Assembly (NCBI GenBank): GCA_947053545.1
Contig: CAMRSY010000004.1
Coordinates: 9,006-73,005, forward strand
DNA from: an uncultured Clostridia bacterium
Lineage (GTDB): Bacteria; Bacillota; Clostridia; Christensenellales; Borkfalkiaceae
Reading direction: 5' to 3'
DNA: 64,000 bases
Part shown: positions 29,501 through 36,305 of the stretch, one piece after another
Numbering within the stretch: the first letter of the stretch is position 1
Layout of the letters: every line of letters begins with the position of its first letter
Position numbers and translations under genes: made by a program
The notes under the pieces: model-generated
Seen by the model: the letters and a program-made list of their open reading frames with translations, nothing else
What the model was told of the DNA's origin: nothing
Databases searched by the model: none

Positions 29501-32500
29501 AACGCTTTCAAAATCCCAGCCCAGTCCTAAAGTGTCGGACTGATAAGTTCCCGTCTGCTTGAACATATCGTAAGCTTTCGGCTCGCACGCTACGCCCGTA
29601 GTATCGTTTGCATACCCTCTCTGTTTGGAAGCCATCCAACAATCTTCACTGTAAAAGTTTGCGCGTCCGGTTATGGTTACGGGGACAACCTTGTTATACC
29701 CGTTGCCCATATAACTTGCATATCTTACGTAAGTTGCCGTAGATACGCTTACTACCGCCAAGTTGGAAGAGTATATTTTTTCGCTGATAGTTGCACAGCC
29801 GCCCACAGTTGTGGAAGCAACGTTACCTAAACCGATAATTCCGCCCGCCATTGCGTGCCTGCTTGCAACACTGTTGGTTGCCATTATGTTGCCTAATACG
29901 TAACAGTTTTCAATACGGCAACCTTTAATAGCAATCAATCCGACTATACCGCCCGCATAGGCGCTGCTGTCCTTATTGGCGTTATAAACCATTACGTCGC
30001 CCGTAGAAAAACAATCGGTTATCGAAGCGGCATAAGTGGCCAGTCTGCCCGCTATTCCACCCGCATGAGATACACCGTCGCTTACAACAGCCCCCGTAGA
30101 ATAGCACTGGGAAATATTGACGCCTTCACCAAGCCCCAAAATTCCGCCTATCTGCGAACTGGTGCCGGTAACGTTGCGGTTAGACCAGCATTTAGTAATT
30201 GTTATTCGGTTGGCCGCCTTTGCCAAAGCGCGCCCTACTATGCCACCTACGTAAGCCTTGCCCTTAACAGGCGATAAAACGTTTGTATTTCCGCTTGCTT
30301 CGGGGTCAAACGTAGTGCTGCAGCCTTCAATTAAAGTTGTCTGCGCAGTAGTTGTAAGACTTATATAACCGACAATTCCGCCAACGTTGTTTGCATTTGC
30401 TTCCACAGAACCGCCTACCACGTGGCAGTTGATAATTTCGCAGTTTCTTATCAAGCCCGCAATTCCCCCCGCGCTTTCATAAGCCGTAGAAGCAATAACG
30501 GGATTTTTTAAAGTAAGGTTTTTGATAGTGGCATTTATTGCTATGGCAAACAACCCCTTATAGGCAGCCTGCTTGTTTACGTACATATTAGAAATTGTAT
30601 GTCCGTCGCCGTCGAAAGTGCCTGCGAAATAATATGTGGTATTTATACCGATCGGCGTCCAGTTGTCAACCGCCGATAAATCTATATCAGCTACCAGCTT
30701 TACCGTTAACCCGGCGTAAGTATTGCCCGAATTAACATAATCGCGAAAAGCAGACAGTTCTTCTTCCGTTGCAATTTCTATTGCATCGCCGCCCACACCG
30801 GGATAACTGTACTCGTTACCCTGTAAAACGGGAAGCTCAAGATCGGGATCCCACGACCAGGTGTTTACAAAATCGTAACCCATGGTGTTCTTCCACCACG
30901 CCAAATTTGTTTCTCCGTCCTGCGAATAATAATCGTACAACTTTGCGTCGGTGGTTTTATCGTTGGCAAAATAACTGCAGGGCGCATATGTGCCGCAGCT
31001 GGAATAATTTACATTATTAGCGTAATAATTGTTGGTCGCGTTTGCAGTATCGCGTATGTATTTATAAGAATTGGTTTTAGCGGTAGGATACTGAATTACG
31101 CCTGTACCCGCTGCATTGAGTCCGCCGTATCTGTAAGGCTCTACAGTAGAGAAAAGCGTACCATACCGCTTGTGTGCGGTTTTGTTGTTGGGCTGCTGCT
31201 TAAACGAAGTGTAAAACGCGGCGTTATTAGTTAATGTAACCTCAGGCGCGGCCAATCTGGCTACCAAACCGCCGAACCTAGTTGATGTACCCGAACCTAT
31301 TGCCGTGGTGGCGTTATAAACTATGCTTCCGGTATAATAGCAATTTTCTATTTTTGAACCTCTGGAGGTGCCGTCGACGTGTCCGATAAACGAGCCTTCG
31401 GCTCCCGCAGTAACATTGCTTGTAGAAAAACAGTCTTTTACATTCGAATTATTGTACAAACCACCGACAAGGGCGCCCGTAAAATATGTTAAAACTTTAT
31501 GAGCGTCGTTGTACACTTCGCCAGCAGTATAACACCTTACTACGTCTCCGCCGGAAACAATCCCCGCAAGTCCGCCCGAATCGATTGTTGTCGCCGCGCC
31601 TTTTGCCGTTAAGATATGCACGTCTACCGTGGAAGAACAATCGACAATTAAACCGCCTTTGTTGAATCCGGACAAATAACCGACTATGCCGCCCATGTAG
31701 GACCTACCCAAAATACAGGATTCCTGAGCGGTAGGCTTGCTACTTCTGATCACGTGGCATTTGCTAATTTTACCGTTCCACTCTATACTTCCCGCTATGC
31801 CCCCGACAAAGTCGCCCCCTTCACCTGTAAAATACGGGTCTTCAAGGGTAATTTCGTTTAATTCGGCGCTCATTACTCTGCCGACAAGACCCTTATAATC
31901 GGTGGCTTTGGCTATTTCCATATTCTTAAGAACGTGGTTATTGCCGTTGATTATTAAATATGCGGGACTTTTGTTTAACGCCAATCCCATAGGCGTCCAT
32001 TCGCCGAGCTCTATATCTTCGGTAATATTTATCGTCAGTTCGTGAATGGGCACGCCCGAGTTAACCAACTTTACAACATTTAAAAACTCGTCTCTGGTTG
32101 CAACGTCGTAAACCGTGCTTTCGTGCTCTTTGAACGTCAGCCCTTTTAATACCGGTCTACCTCCGTTTACCGAGGCGTTTATTTCCCATATTTCGGTATC
32201 GAAATCTTTGAAAACTCCGCCGAATGACATATTGTCTGCAACAGAAATTGCGCTTACCCTGTCGCCCATAGCGTTTAGATCGAGAACTATCAGGTCCGCG
32301 TTATTCTGATTTATGTATTCCGCATCGTTTACGTATTTTAGATTATCCGAATTGCCCTGCGTTGCCGTAGCGGTCTCCTCGCACGAGAAAGTGGCAATGG
32401 GAGAAAAAGCGTTACCCACAGCGTAATCGGTAGCTTCGTAGTGCGTACTCAAGCTTACGGCGTTTGTAATCGTCGCGTTACAGTCAACAAGCCCTACTAT

Positions 32501-33856
32501 ACCGGCTAAACGCGTGGCCGCTTTGGTAAAATAATAACCGTAATAATGATTTTCTGTGAAAGAAACATCGGAATAAACGTTTGAAAAAGTTATATCCGAA
32601 CCTGCCCAGCCGCTTATACCGCCGAAACACAAGTCAGGCTCGCCCTCGTATTCAAAGCCGGGTCTGCCATAACTGTTGCCGCTGTTACCGTTCCCGCCGT
32701 TTCCGGGCAAGCCCTTAAGGTTGCCGACTATTTCAACTTTTCCCACCGCAAAGCAATTATCTACATTGCCGCTGGCGTCGCCTACAATGCCTCCCGACCA
32801 AACGCTTCCGCGCTGACCGCCGTTGCCGCCGTAACCGCCTCTGTTGGTACTCGTACCCGAGCGACCGCTGCCGCCGTAACCGCCGTAAGCCGCGTAAAGA
32901 CGCATATCAATATTTGCGTAACAACGGGAAATACTGCCGCCATCCGTAGTTTCAGGATTAGATTCGTCATTATAAAGCCAGCCGACTATGCCGCCTATGC
33001 TTACGTCGCCGCCGTTACCGCCGTTACCGCCCTTTCCGCCAGCGCCGGAATATGCGTTACTTCCCGCGCCGCCGCTACCGCCGGCACCGCCGTAAGCGTA
33101 AATATCGCCCGTAAACGAGCACTGCTCAATAACCGACCCGTCTGATTCGGCTACGATACCACCAACGTAAGTATTGGCGCCGTTGCCGCCGTCGCCGCCG
33201 GCTTTACCGCTACCCGATTTATTGGTGCCTGCTTCACCGCCGTTGCCGCCGTTGCCGCCTTCCGCATAAACAAATCCTGTAACGCTGCAATTTGAAACGG
33301 TACTTTTTACAGCATTTCCGGCTATGCCGCCCGAACCTACGCTTACTGCCGACAAGCCGGGTTTACCGGCACCGCTTGTCGCGCCCTTTGCCCCCGCTGC
33401 GCCTGAAGGCGAAGCGGCGTATATATTTGCATTTTCGACAACAAGATTTTTTACCGAAGCATTATTAAGATAACCGAATAATCCTACGCGGCAATTTGTT
33501 TCGTTTACGTTTGCATTTGCCACGTACAAGCCGCTTACCGTATAATTTCCGCCATCGAACGTTCCCTTGAAAGGATTTGTCTGCGTAGAGCCTATGGGCG
33601 TAAACGTAGCGTATTTCAAATCGACGTTAGTTGTAAGTTTAACGTATTTACCTTCGTACGTCGTACCAGAGTTTACCGAATCGCGGAAGGCCTTTAAATC
33701 GTTTGCGCTGGAAACAAGATATGGCGAAGCCTCGGTACCCGAGCCCGCCAACGCAACCGAATTAATTTTAACAAGCGGCGCCAAAAAAGCGCCGAGCATG
33801 GCCAGCACGAACAGCGCCGATAAAATTAAAACAGCTATTCTTCTTTTAGTAGCCAT
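23513..33856 (-). CDS. giant secreted protein (3447 aa): signal peptide, four GLUG-motif beta-helix modules with Gly-rich inserts, about 20 FIVAR-like helical repeats, C-terminal dockerin
   Basis: Many GGIAG/GGIVG/GGLVG GLUG motifs. Four copies of the module E..L..FR..VNSG..Y.G..VKL..DIDL...W.PIG...F.GTFDG.G. Helical repeats of type Y...S...L..A...A........V..A...L..A...L. The end carries a duplicated Ca-binding segment (DVNGDGKLSAADKAQLNAYFLG / DLNGDGKISAADKAQLNAYFLG). GGGGG RBS. Confidence 0.85.
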   Translation of the reverse strand: MATKRRIAVLILSALFVLAMLGAFLAPLVKINSVALAGSGTEASPYLVSSANDLKAFRDSVNSGTTYEGKYVKLTTNVDLKYATFTPIGSTQTNPFKGTFDGGNYTVSGLYVANANVNETNCRVGLFGYLNNASVKNLVVENANIYAASPSGAAGAKGATSGAGKPGLSAVSVGSGGIAGNAVKSTVSNCSVTGFVYAEGGNGGNGGEAGTNKSGSGKAGGDGGNGANTYVGGIVAESDGSVIEQCSFTGDIYAYGGAGGSGGAGSNAYSGAGGKGGNGGNGGDVSIGGIVGWLYNDESNPETTDGGSISRCYANIDMRLYAAYGGYGGSGRSGTSTNRGGYGGNGGQRGSVWSGGIVGDASGNVDNCFAVGKVEIVGNLKGLPGNGGNGNSGNSYGRPGFEYEGEPDLCFGGISGWAGSDITFSNVYSDVSFTENHYYGYYFTKAATRLAGIVGLVDCNATITNAVSLSTHYEATDYAVGNAFSPIATFSCEETATATQGNSDNLKYVNDAEYINQNNADLIVLDLNAMGDRVSAISVADNMSFGGVFKDFDTEIWEINASVNGGRPVLKGLTFKEHESTVYDVATRDEFLNVVKLVNSGVPIHELTINITEDIELGEWTPMGLALNKSPAYLIINGNNHVLKNMEIAKATDYKGLVGRVMSAELNEITLEDPYFTGEGGDFVGGIAGSIEWNGKISKCHVIRSSKPTAQESCILGRSYMGGIVGYLSGFNKGGLIVDCSSTVDVHILTAKGAATTIDSGGLAGIVSGGDVVRCYTAGEVYNDAHKVLTYFTGALVGGLYNNSNVKDCFSTSNVTAGAEGSFIGHVDGTSRGSKIENCYYTGSIVYNATTAIGSGTSTRFGGLVARLAAPEVTLTNNAAFYTSFKQQPNNKTAHKRYGTLFSTVEPYRYGGLNAAGTGVIQYPTAKTNSYKYIRDTANATNNYYANNVNYSSCGTYAPCSYFANDKTTDAKLYDYYSQDGETNLAWWKNTMGYDFVNTWSWDPDLELPVLQGNEYSYPGVGGDAIEIATEEELSAFRDYVNSGNTYAGLTVKLVADIDLSAVDNWTPIGINTTYYFAGTFDGDGHTISNMYVNKQAAYKGLFAIAINATIKNLTLKNPVIASTAYESAGGIAGLIRNCEIINCHVVGGSVEANANNVGGIVGYISLTTTAQTTLIEGCSTTFDPEASGNTNVLSPVKGKAYVGGIVGRALAKAANRITITKCWSNRNVTGTSSQIGGILGLGEGVNISQCYSTGAVVSDGVSHAGGIAGRLATYAASITDCFSTGDVMVYNANKDSSAYAGGIVGLIAIKGCRIENCYVLGNIMATNSVASRHAMAGGIIGLGNVASTTVGGCATISEKIYSSNLAVVSVSTATYVRYASYMGNGYNKVVPVTITGRANFYSEDCWMASKQRGYANDTTGVACEPKAYDMFKQTGTYQSDTLGLGWDFESVWAREDGVNDGFPYLKAVGAPSYDLGSRYNPIPLASTEDFAEFSQNINDGVCYNGIYIKQTADINIDGIGITGYDFKHSFSGNYDGGNFKITGANLSKNASNVGVFGYVKFANFKNVNVIKPNISQTGTSYSNVGGLIGYSYGNLSITSCAVLGGSVTNQGGNIGGLVGNADRGFSTISCSFATARVEGGKYVGGLVGLFRDGEIYMSYARANVTATLASGYGAGGLVGVGEYRTHIYNSYAIGNVSDTSSAQWALAGGIVGVFHQAYNGIYNCYFSGTLSAVSGKPSATYATSHAAGILGYTVSKYDKILDCVSLATGISATSGKTTYLQTAEIATGGSTAANLPTAGTNAVRNYALDGVETFVKNSKYQARIQADNYIESLDLFKTDCVNILTEWEINSGGIWQHNVDTNNGLPTLIGLPEDNSDLDEAIDLALSYKAEDWSELTYGRLMGIVREAEANSATMTDVQKKQYIKEIYAAIEGLRPETTALRELYDDIINNKVPYREWFVNFVTMDSALELARTVLEEDSNKYKNIDAQLALSTLEMANKNLVVNKAKLNDAITKANNIILGAEKDYTKEDIDNLKAVRAEGVAVNNDVNATAKQVCDATAAINKALSELKIDKSNLESKIKEAYESLGGSVTFADGKVVLDPTNKLDDSKFESTVSFNNAFNAAVETYENEQASGTMVTQCAYDLSVALNNLTIDKTALSDAYNIAGTKKKEQYTLSSWATFEAAMTVANEELLRDPAKPNQFIAYSANVDKVLADLQAAIDGLEINKEYLKNLIDIAREESSQSIYDDESLAELIDALNTAIDVYDNAEATVDDVNKAAIALNAAILNLKVNLDFLKDKIKEADLILAEENQNKKYYLADTLTTLTDARNSAADCVDECSSFTEEDKNNKEYIAKVKTATNELVAAIEGIKVDVSILTEYISIVTDESREDYIGKLGYAAESVAAVKALGASAQAMLDASGDNPSNDDVLKAIKDFETAFANMKADKTALAERVKEVSVWTNTKHRQDNDGNWILDEKGELKVFVVYESGTWNNLQTALSAAVDVVNDPSVSVQDVKTASENLEKAIFDLKIDSSELHDRIVKAEKIFARPEVFTQASRDLLKVPYDIAVKTYEIIEDPERKIRPTLDEVQQVLDDLVFAIDNIVIDPTLILEIIEIARAQEVNREYYSELTYLALVTQTDMVEGLINDKICEEDVDDFISIIKNAMDGLVIITDKLDMAIYLAESLNSQYITAETYQAVTDALATAKQLLASGRLSVVDYATKFEVIEEYKQVLESLETAIENIAPDIENYRAFIEEKKLLLSGSYAEDGLALLEEAIANAENALNGGVVDENGEKEEFSYYIAIDNVEAILAAEAALEPDTNKLQDYITEISEILNRHHIKPAEDEEGNVIEPDPEYIGVEMYTYEYYTVESYLNLQNQISAAKLIIEKPDDYTTEDVDNAYNALVNAYENLVLHKSLLLELIAECEALNKSYYVAATYAALESQIAQSKAYCEGTNNVISEYVVEYQNLVAAREALKFDTQALDGLIKQATEILAAAGKEEGEEGKRYFTERSLENLISALQEANDFNPDAGEDTEEDTDEAYTMVCATLFNAISGMVDIGALKDKIAEAKTYNNDDGKYSEETFTALQNSIKAATSVYESANSTNKQVEDAVEALEKACIALRLDTASLDDVIKEAKELVRQSDEGERVFTESTLDLLKLKITAAEEFVTSGNTDREQFEKVKTDLTEAMFGIIELTELVDKINAANAFVSANTNEDGKWTEISYQALLDAIAAAEAVRNNANATKEEIAEHVAKLSDINSILTLSGNSSDDIFTLIESNTTFKIVDENGVEAETHSIEQPAFLINLALNDTVADILSQFKNTDVKVFTADGETEITDIENTKVATGIIIKAYNNGTATDQLTLVVKGDVNGDGKLSAADKAQLNAYFLGTKTLDAVNKLACDLNGDGKISAADKAQLNAYFLGTKNLYEGLSVKENKDL

Positions 33857-34026
33857 AAAGCTTACCCCCGCAACTTTCCGAAACTTTTACGAAACGTTTA
33901 CTAACGTAATATTGCAATATTGCTGTGCATTGCGACGCTACGCACAGATTATCTTTTTGCTCAAGAAAAAAGATATTTCGCATTTACAAAAGGGCATAAT
34001 ACCCCTAGTTTCATTTATTCAAGTTA

Positions 34027-34056
34027 ATAATATCATATGTTTTTACAATATGTCAA
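34027..34056 (-). promoter_or_regulatory. Candidate sigmaA promoter of the giant-protein gene (TTGACA-18-TGaTATTAT)
   Basis: Minus strand: -35 at 34056-34051, extended -10 at 34035-34027. Leaves a leader of roughly 165 nt. Confidence 0.5.
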
Positions 34057-34094
34057 TATTAATCCCGAAAAAAATGCATAAATACACATTTTAC

Positions 34095-34134
34095 ACAAAA
34101 AAATGCACGCGGAAATTACAATTTCCGCGTGCAC
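34095..34134 (-). terminator. Rho-independent terminator after the second sipW-like gene
   Basis: Minus strand: GCACGCGGAAAT-tgta-ATTTCCGCGTGC followed by TTTTTTT. Confidence 0.75.
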
Positions 34135-34146
34135 CGAGCCGACAGT

Positions 34147-34797
34147 TTATCCATCGTGATCGCTCTTTTTATCTGAAGAAGGCAATTCGCCGTTTCCCGA
34201 ATCGCCGCTTTCGCAGTTTCTTACGCAAGTCGTAAGTTTTTCCGATTTTTTTTGTTTGAAAATTTTAATTATTTTTATTACTTGCTGCACTATAAACGGC
34301 ACCGCCACGGCTAAAATAATAATTAATATTCCGTAACGGTTTATAAATCCGAATACTTTTCCCCACCCCGCGGAATTGAAAATACAAATTCCCAGCAAAT
34401 TGCCGCTTGTTACTAAATCTTTATCAGGCTGCGGATTGGTTTTACCGTTTAACCCCTGAGTTATAATTCCATCGGCGGTTATTTCCTTTACCGCATGCAC
34501 TATGCTTTGCCCTTTAAGCCGCCCGAAACCGTCGCCGGCAATAAACACAACGTAATCGCCCGGCTTCACGTCTTCGTACGAACAAGCGTGAAAAGCAATT
34601 AAATCGCCCGTCATTATATAAGGTTCCATCGAATTGGTCTGCACCAGCGCAAACGACGTGCCGAAAAAGCTTACCGGCTTATTTTTTGCCCGGCAGTAAA
34701 TCATATTTATTATAACTATTGCCGCCAACGCTATTATAAGCGCGGTTAAAACGGTAAAAATTATTGAAAAAACTTTCTTTACCGAAACATTGCTCAT
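34147..34797 (-). CDS. SipW-type (ER/archaeal-type, S26B) signal peptidase I, copy 2
   Basis: N-terminal TM, catalytic Ser box QTNSMEPYIMTGDLI, His box SIVHAV, C-terminal TM. Start placed at MSNVSVKK (34797), overlapping (ATGA) the stop of the upstream gene. Confidence 0.75.
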   Translation of the reverse strand: MSNVSVKKVFSIIFTVLTALIIALAAIVIINMIYCRAKNKPVSFFGTSFALVQTNSMEPYIMTGDLIAFHACSYEDVKPGDYVVFIAGDGFGRLKGQSIVHAVKEITADGIITQGLNGKTNPQPDKDLVTSGNLLGICIFNSAGWGKVFGFINRYGILIIILAVAVPFIVQQVIKIIKIFKQKKSEKLTTCVRNCESGDSGNGELPSSDKKSDHDG

Positions 34798-36245
34798 TTT
34801 TTTCCCCGCGTACGTTTTATAGTCGTAAGCTTTTTGCGGATAACCCGCTTGGGCCTTGCCTTTTCTTTTTCTTCGGCAAGTTCCTTTTGCAGCCGTGCCA
34901 GCCTCGATTCCGCGCGTTCCGCCATACGTTGCGCCCGCTCTACCTCTTCCCATTTCAGTTTTAAAAAAAGTTTGCGCCTGCGTATTCGCTCCTGCTGCTC
35001 CTTTATCGCGGCGCGCTTTTTCTCTATCGCGCCCTGCTGAGTCTTTTCAGCGGATACGCCTTTTATCTGTTCTTCGATTAATTCGTTGAACATCTCGTCG
35101 TTGATACGCGAAACCGATCGGAAAAACTTTGAAAAATTAACGTTTAAGCGGTTTTCAACCTCGAATTCGCCCTCTTTTGCCGAAGCTGTGAGTTCGTCTT
35201 TCATCTTTCGGAAATAATATTCGTTTATAGTTTCCTCGCCCGCCTGCTCTTTGGAAAAGTTAAAATCGGGCGTAAACTCGTAACTGGTAACAATAGCAAA
35301 CTCCCGCTCCTGCGGCACGGAAAAATCGATTCCGTCATATTCTTCTCGTTTTAAAATTCTGTCGGTAATAAGCGACTGCAAACTAAGCCCCGCAATTACC
35401 GTCAAATCATCGAAGTAATCGCCGTCGACAGGCAAATTTTTATCTTTAACCTCGATTGAATAGCCCAGATAAGTGTACGACGAAATATATAACCAAAGTT
35501 TATAACAGTTGTTGTAGTCGACGTTCTTGTTTAAAAGGTTTGTCTTCTGAATTGGCGGACGCACGGGTTTTGCTTTGCCGAGTTTTTTCATAAATTCGGT
35601 AGACTGCAAAACGCGCAGCCTGCGCCTTATTAAAGCAACCCTGTCGAAAAGATCCTTGTTTTTATTCGCATCCTTCTCGTCTTGCGGAGGCTCTTCAACC
35701 TGCAAATTTATATTGCACTTGAATTTGCTTTTACCGTATTCGAACTGCGACTGCACGCAAACGTTGGTCTGCTCGAAACTTTGCACCTTTCCGTTAAGGT
35801 CCTTATACCGCTGTTCCACAAATATAATAAGTCGGTTTATCAACGCGCAGATAAAGCGATTTTCGTAAATAGCCAAATCCTCGTCCAGTTCAGCCGTAAG
35901 CAATTTTTTTGGCATAACGTCGCCGTTTTTATCGATATTCTGTACGTATTGCGAATTTGTTGTAAGATGACGGACGGTTTTTGAATTTGTGCGGCGCACC
36001 TTGGCAACGTCTAAAATCAATTCGTTTTCGGCGATAAATTTACGGGGATTTCGTACAATCTGTTCGATAGAATGCAGCGAGTTTTCAAGCATTAATACCC
36101 ATCCGTCGTCAAGCATAACCGCCTGTGAAACCACGTTATGCAAAACCTTGTTTTCTCCCCCGCGCAACGCGGCAAAAAAACGCGAATAGCTTTCGGCGTC
36201 GCCGTCAATTTTGTTTATGAAATTATTGAGAAATGACTTATCCAT
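34794..36245 (-). CDS. McrC/DUF2357-like partner protein with highly charged C-terminal coiled coil (483 aa)
   Basis: Sits directly downstream of a McrB-family AAA+ gene. Motif LAIYENRFICALINRLI resembles the conserved YENRF helix of DUF2357/McrC-type partners (from memory, not searched). The last ~90 aa are Lys/Arg/Glu-rich heptad-like sequence. No clear nuclease domain. Confidence 0.45.
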   Translation of the reverse strand: MDKSFLNNFINKIDGDAESYSRFFAALRGGENKVLHNVVSQAVMLDDGWVLMLENSLHSIEQIVRNPRKFIAENELILDVAKVRRTNSKTVRHLTTNSQYVQNIDKNGDVMPKKLLTAELDEDLAIYENRFICALINRLIIFVEQRYKDLNGKVQSFEQTNVCVQSQFEYGKSKFKCNINLQVEEPPQDEKDANKNKDLFDRVALIRRRLRVLQSTEFMKKLGKAKPVRPPIQKTNLLNKNVDYNNCYKLWLYISSYTYLGYSIEVKDKNLPVDGDYFDDLTVIAGLSLQSLITDRILKREEYDGIDFSVPQEREFAIVTSYEFTPDFNFSKEQAGEETINEYYFRKMKDELTASAKEGEFEVENRLNVNFSKFFRSVSRINDEMFNELIEEQIKGVSAEKTQQGAIEKKRAAIKEQQERIRRRKLFLKLKWEEVERAQRMAERAESRLARLQKELAEEKEKARPKRVIRKKLTTIKRTRGKK

Positions 36246-36253
36246 AAGTTACC

Positions 36254-36286
36254 TTAAAAATATAGCCCAACCCGTCGGGTCAGGCT
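36254..36286 (-). terminator. Attenuator-like hairpin plus short T-run between the McrB-like gene and its partner
   Basis: Minus strand: AGCCTGACCC-gac-GGGTTGGGCT followed by ATATTTTT. About a 10-bp stem including G-U pairs. Confidence 0.35.
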
Positions 36287-36305
36287 TTCGGAGTATACAC
36301 CCCTG

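Noticed and set aside
23694-33000. Numerous ORFs in other frames or strands inside the 3447-aa gene (for example 24195-24941, 28619-29203, 32782-32970)
   Set aside because: Their Ser/Ala/Arg-rich translations are typical of off-frame readings of a repetitive gene. The 10.3-kb minus-strand frame with coherent domain repeats explains the region.
32640-33260. GC-rich short tandem-like repeats (ggcggtaacggcgg...), considered as a possible CRISPR or satellite array
   Set aside because: The units are irregular in length, have no spacer/repeat alternation, and translate in-frame to the Gly-rich tracts of the giant protein.
33857-34026. Possible second riboswitch (c-di-GMP-I or -II) in the leader of the giant gene
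   Set aside because: There is no ACGCAAAGC junction, GNRA-capped P2 or c-di-GMP-II-like GCAACCGACC element. Only generic hairpins are present, so it is kept as an unexplained leader.
34798-34953. N-terminal 52-aa extension of the second SipW ORF, and similar extensions of ParA (3042-3104), the kinase (17655-17720), the response regulator (17024-17059) and coaE (8952-8978)
   Set aside because: The extensions overlap upstream genes out of frame and have atypical composition. Internal ATGs give canonical N-termini and classic 4-14 nt overlaps.
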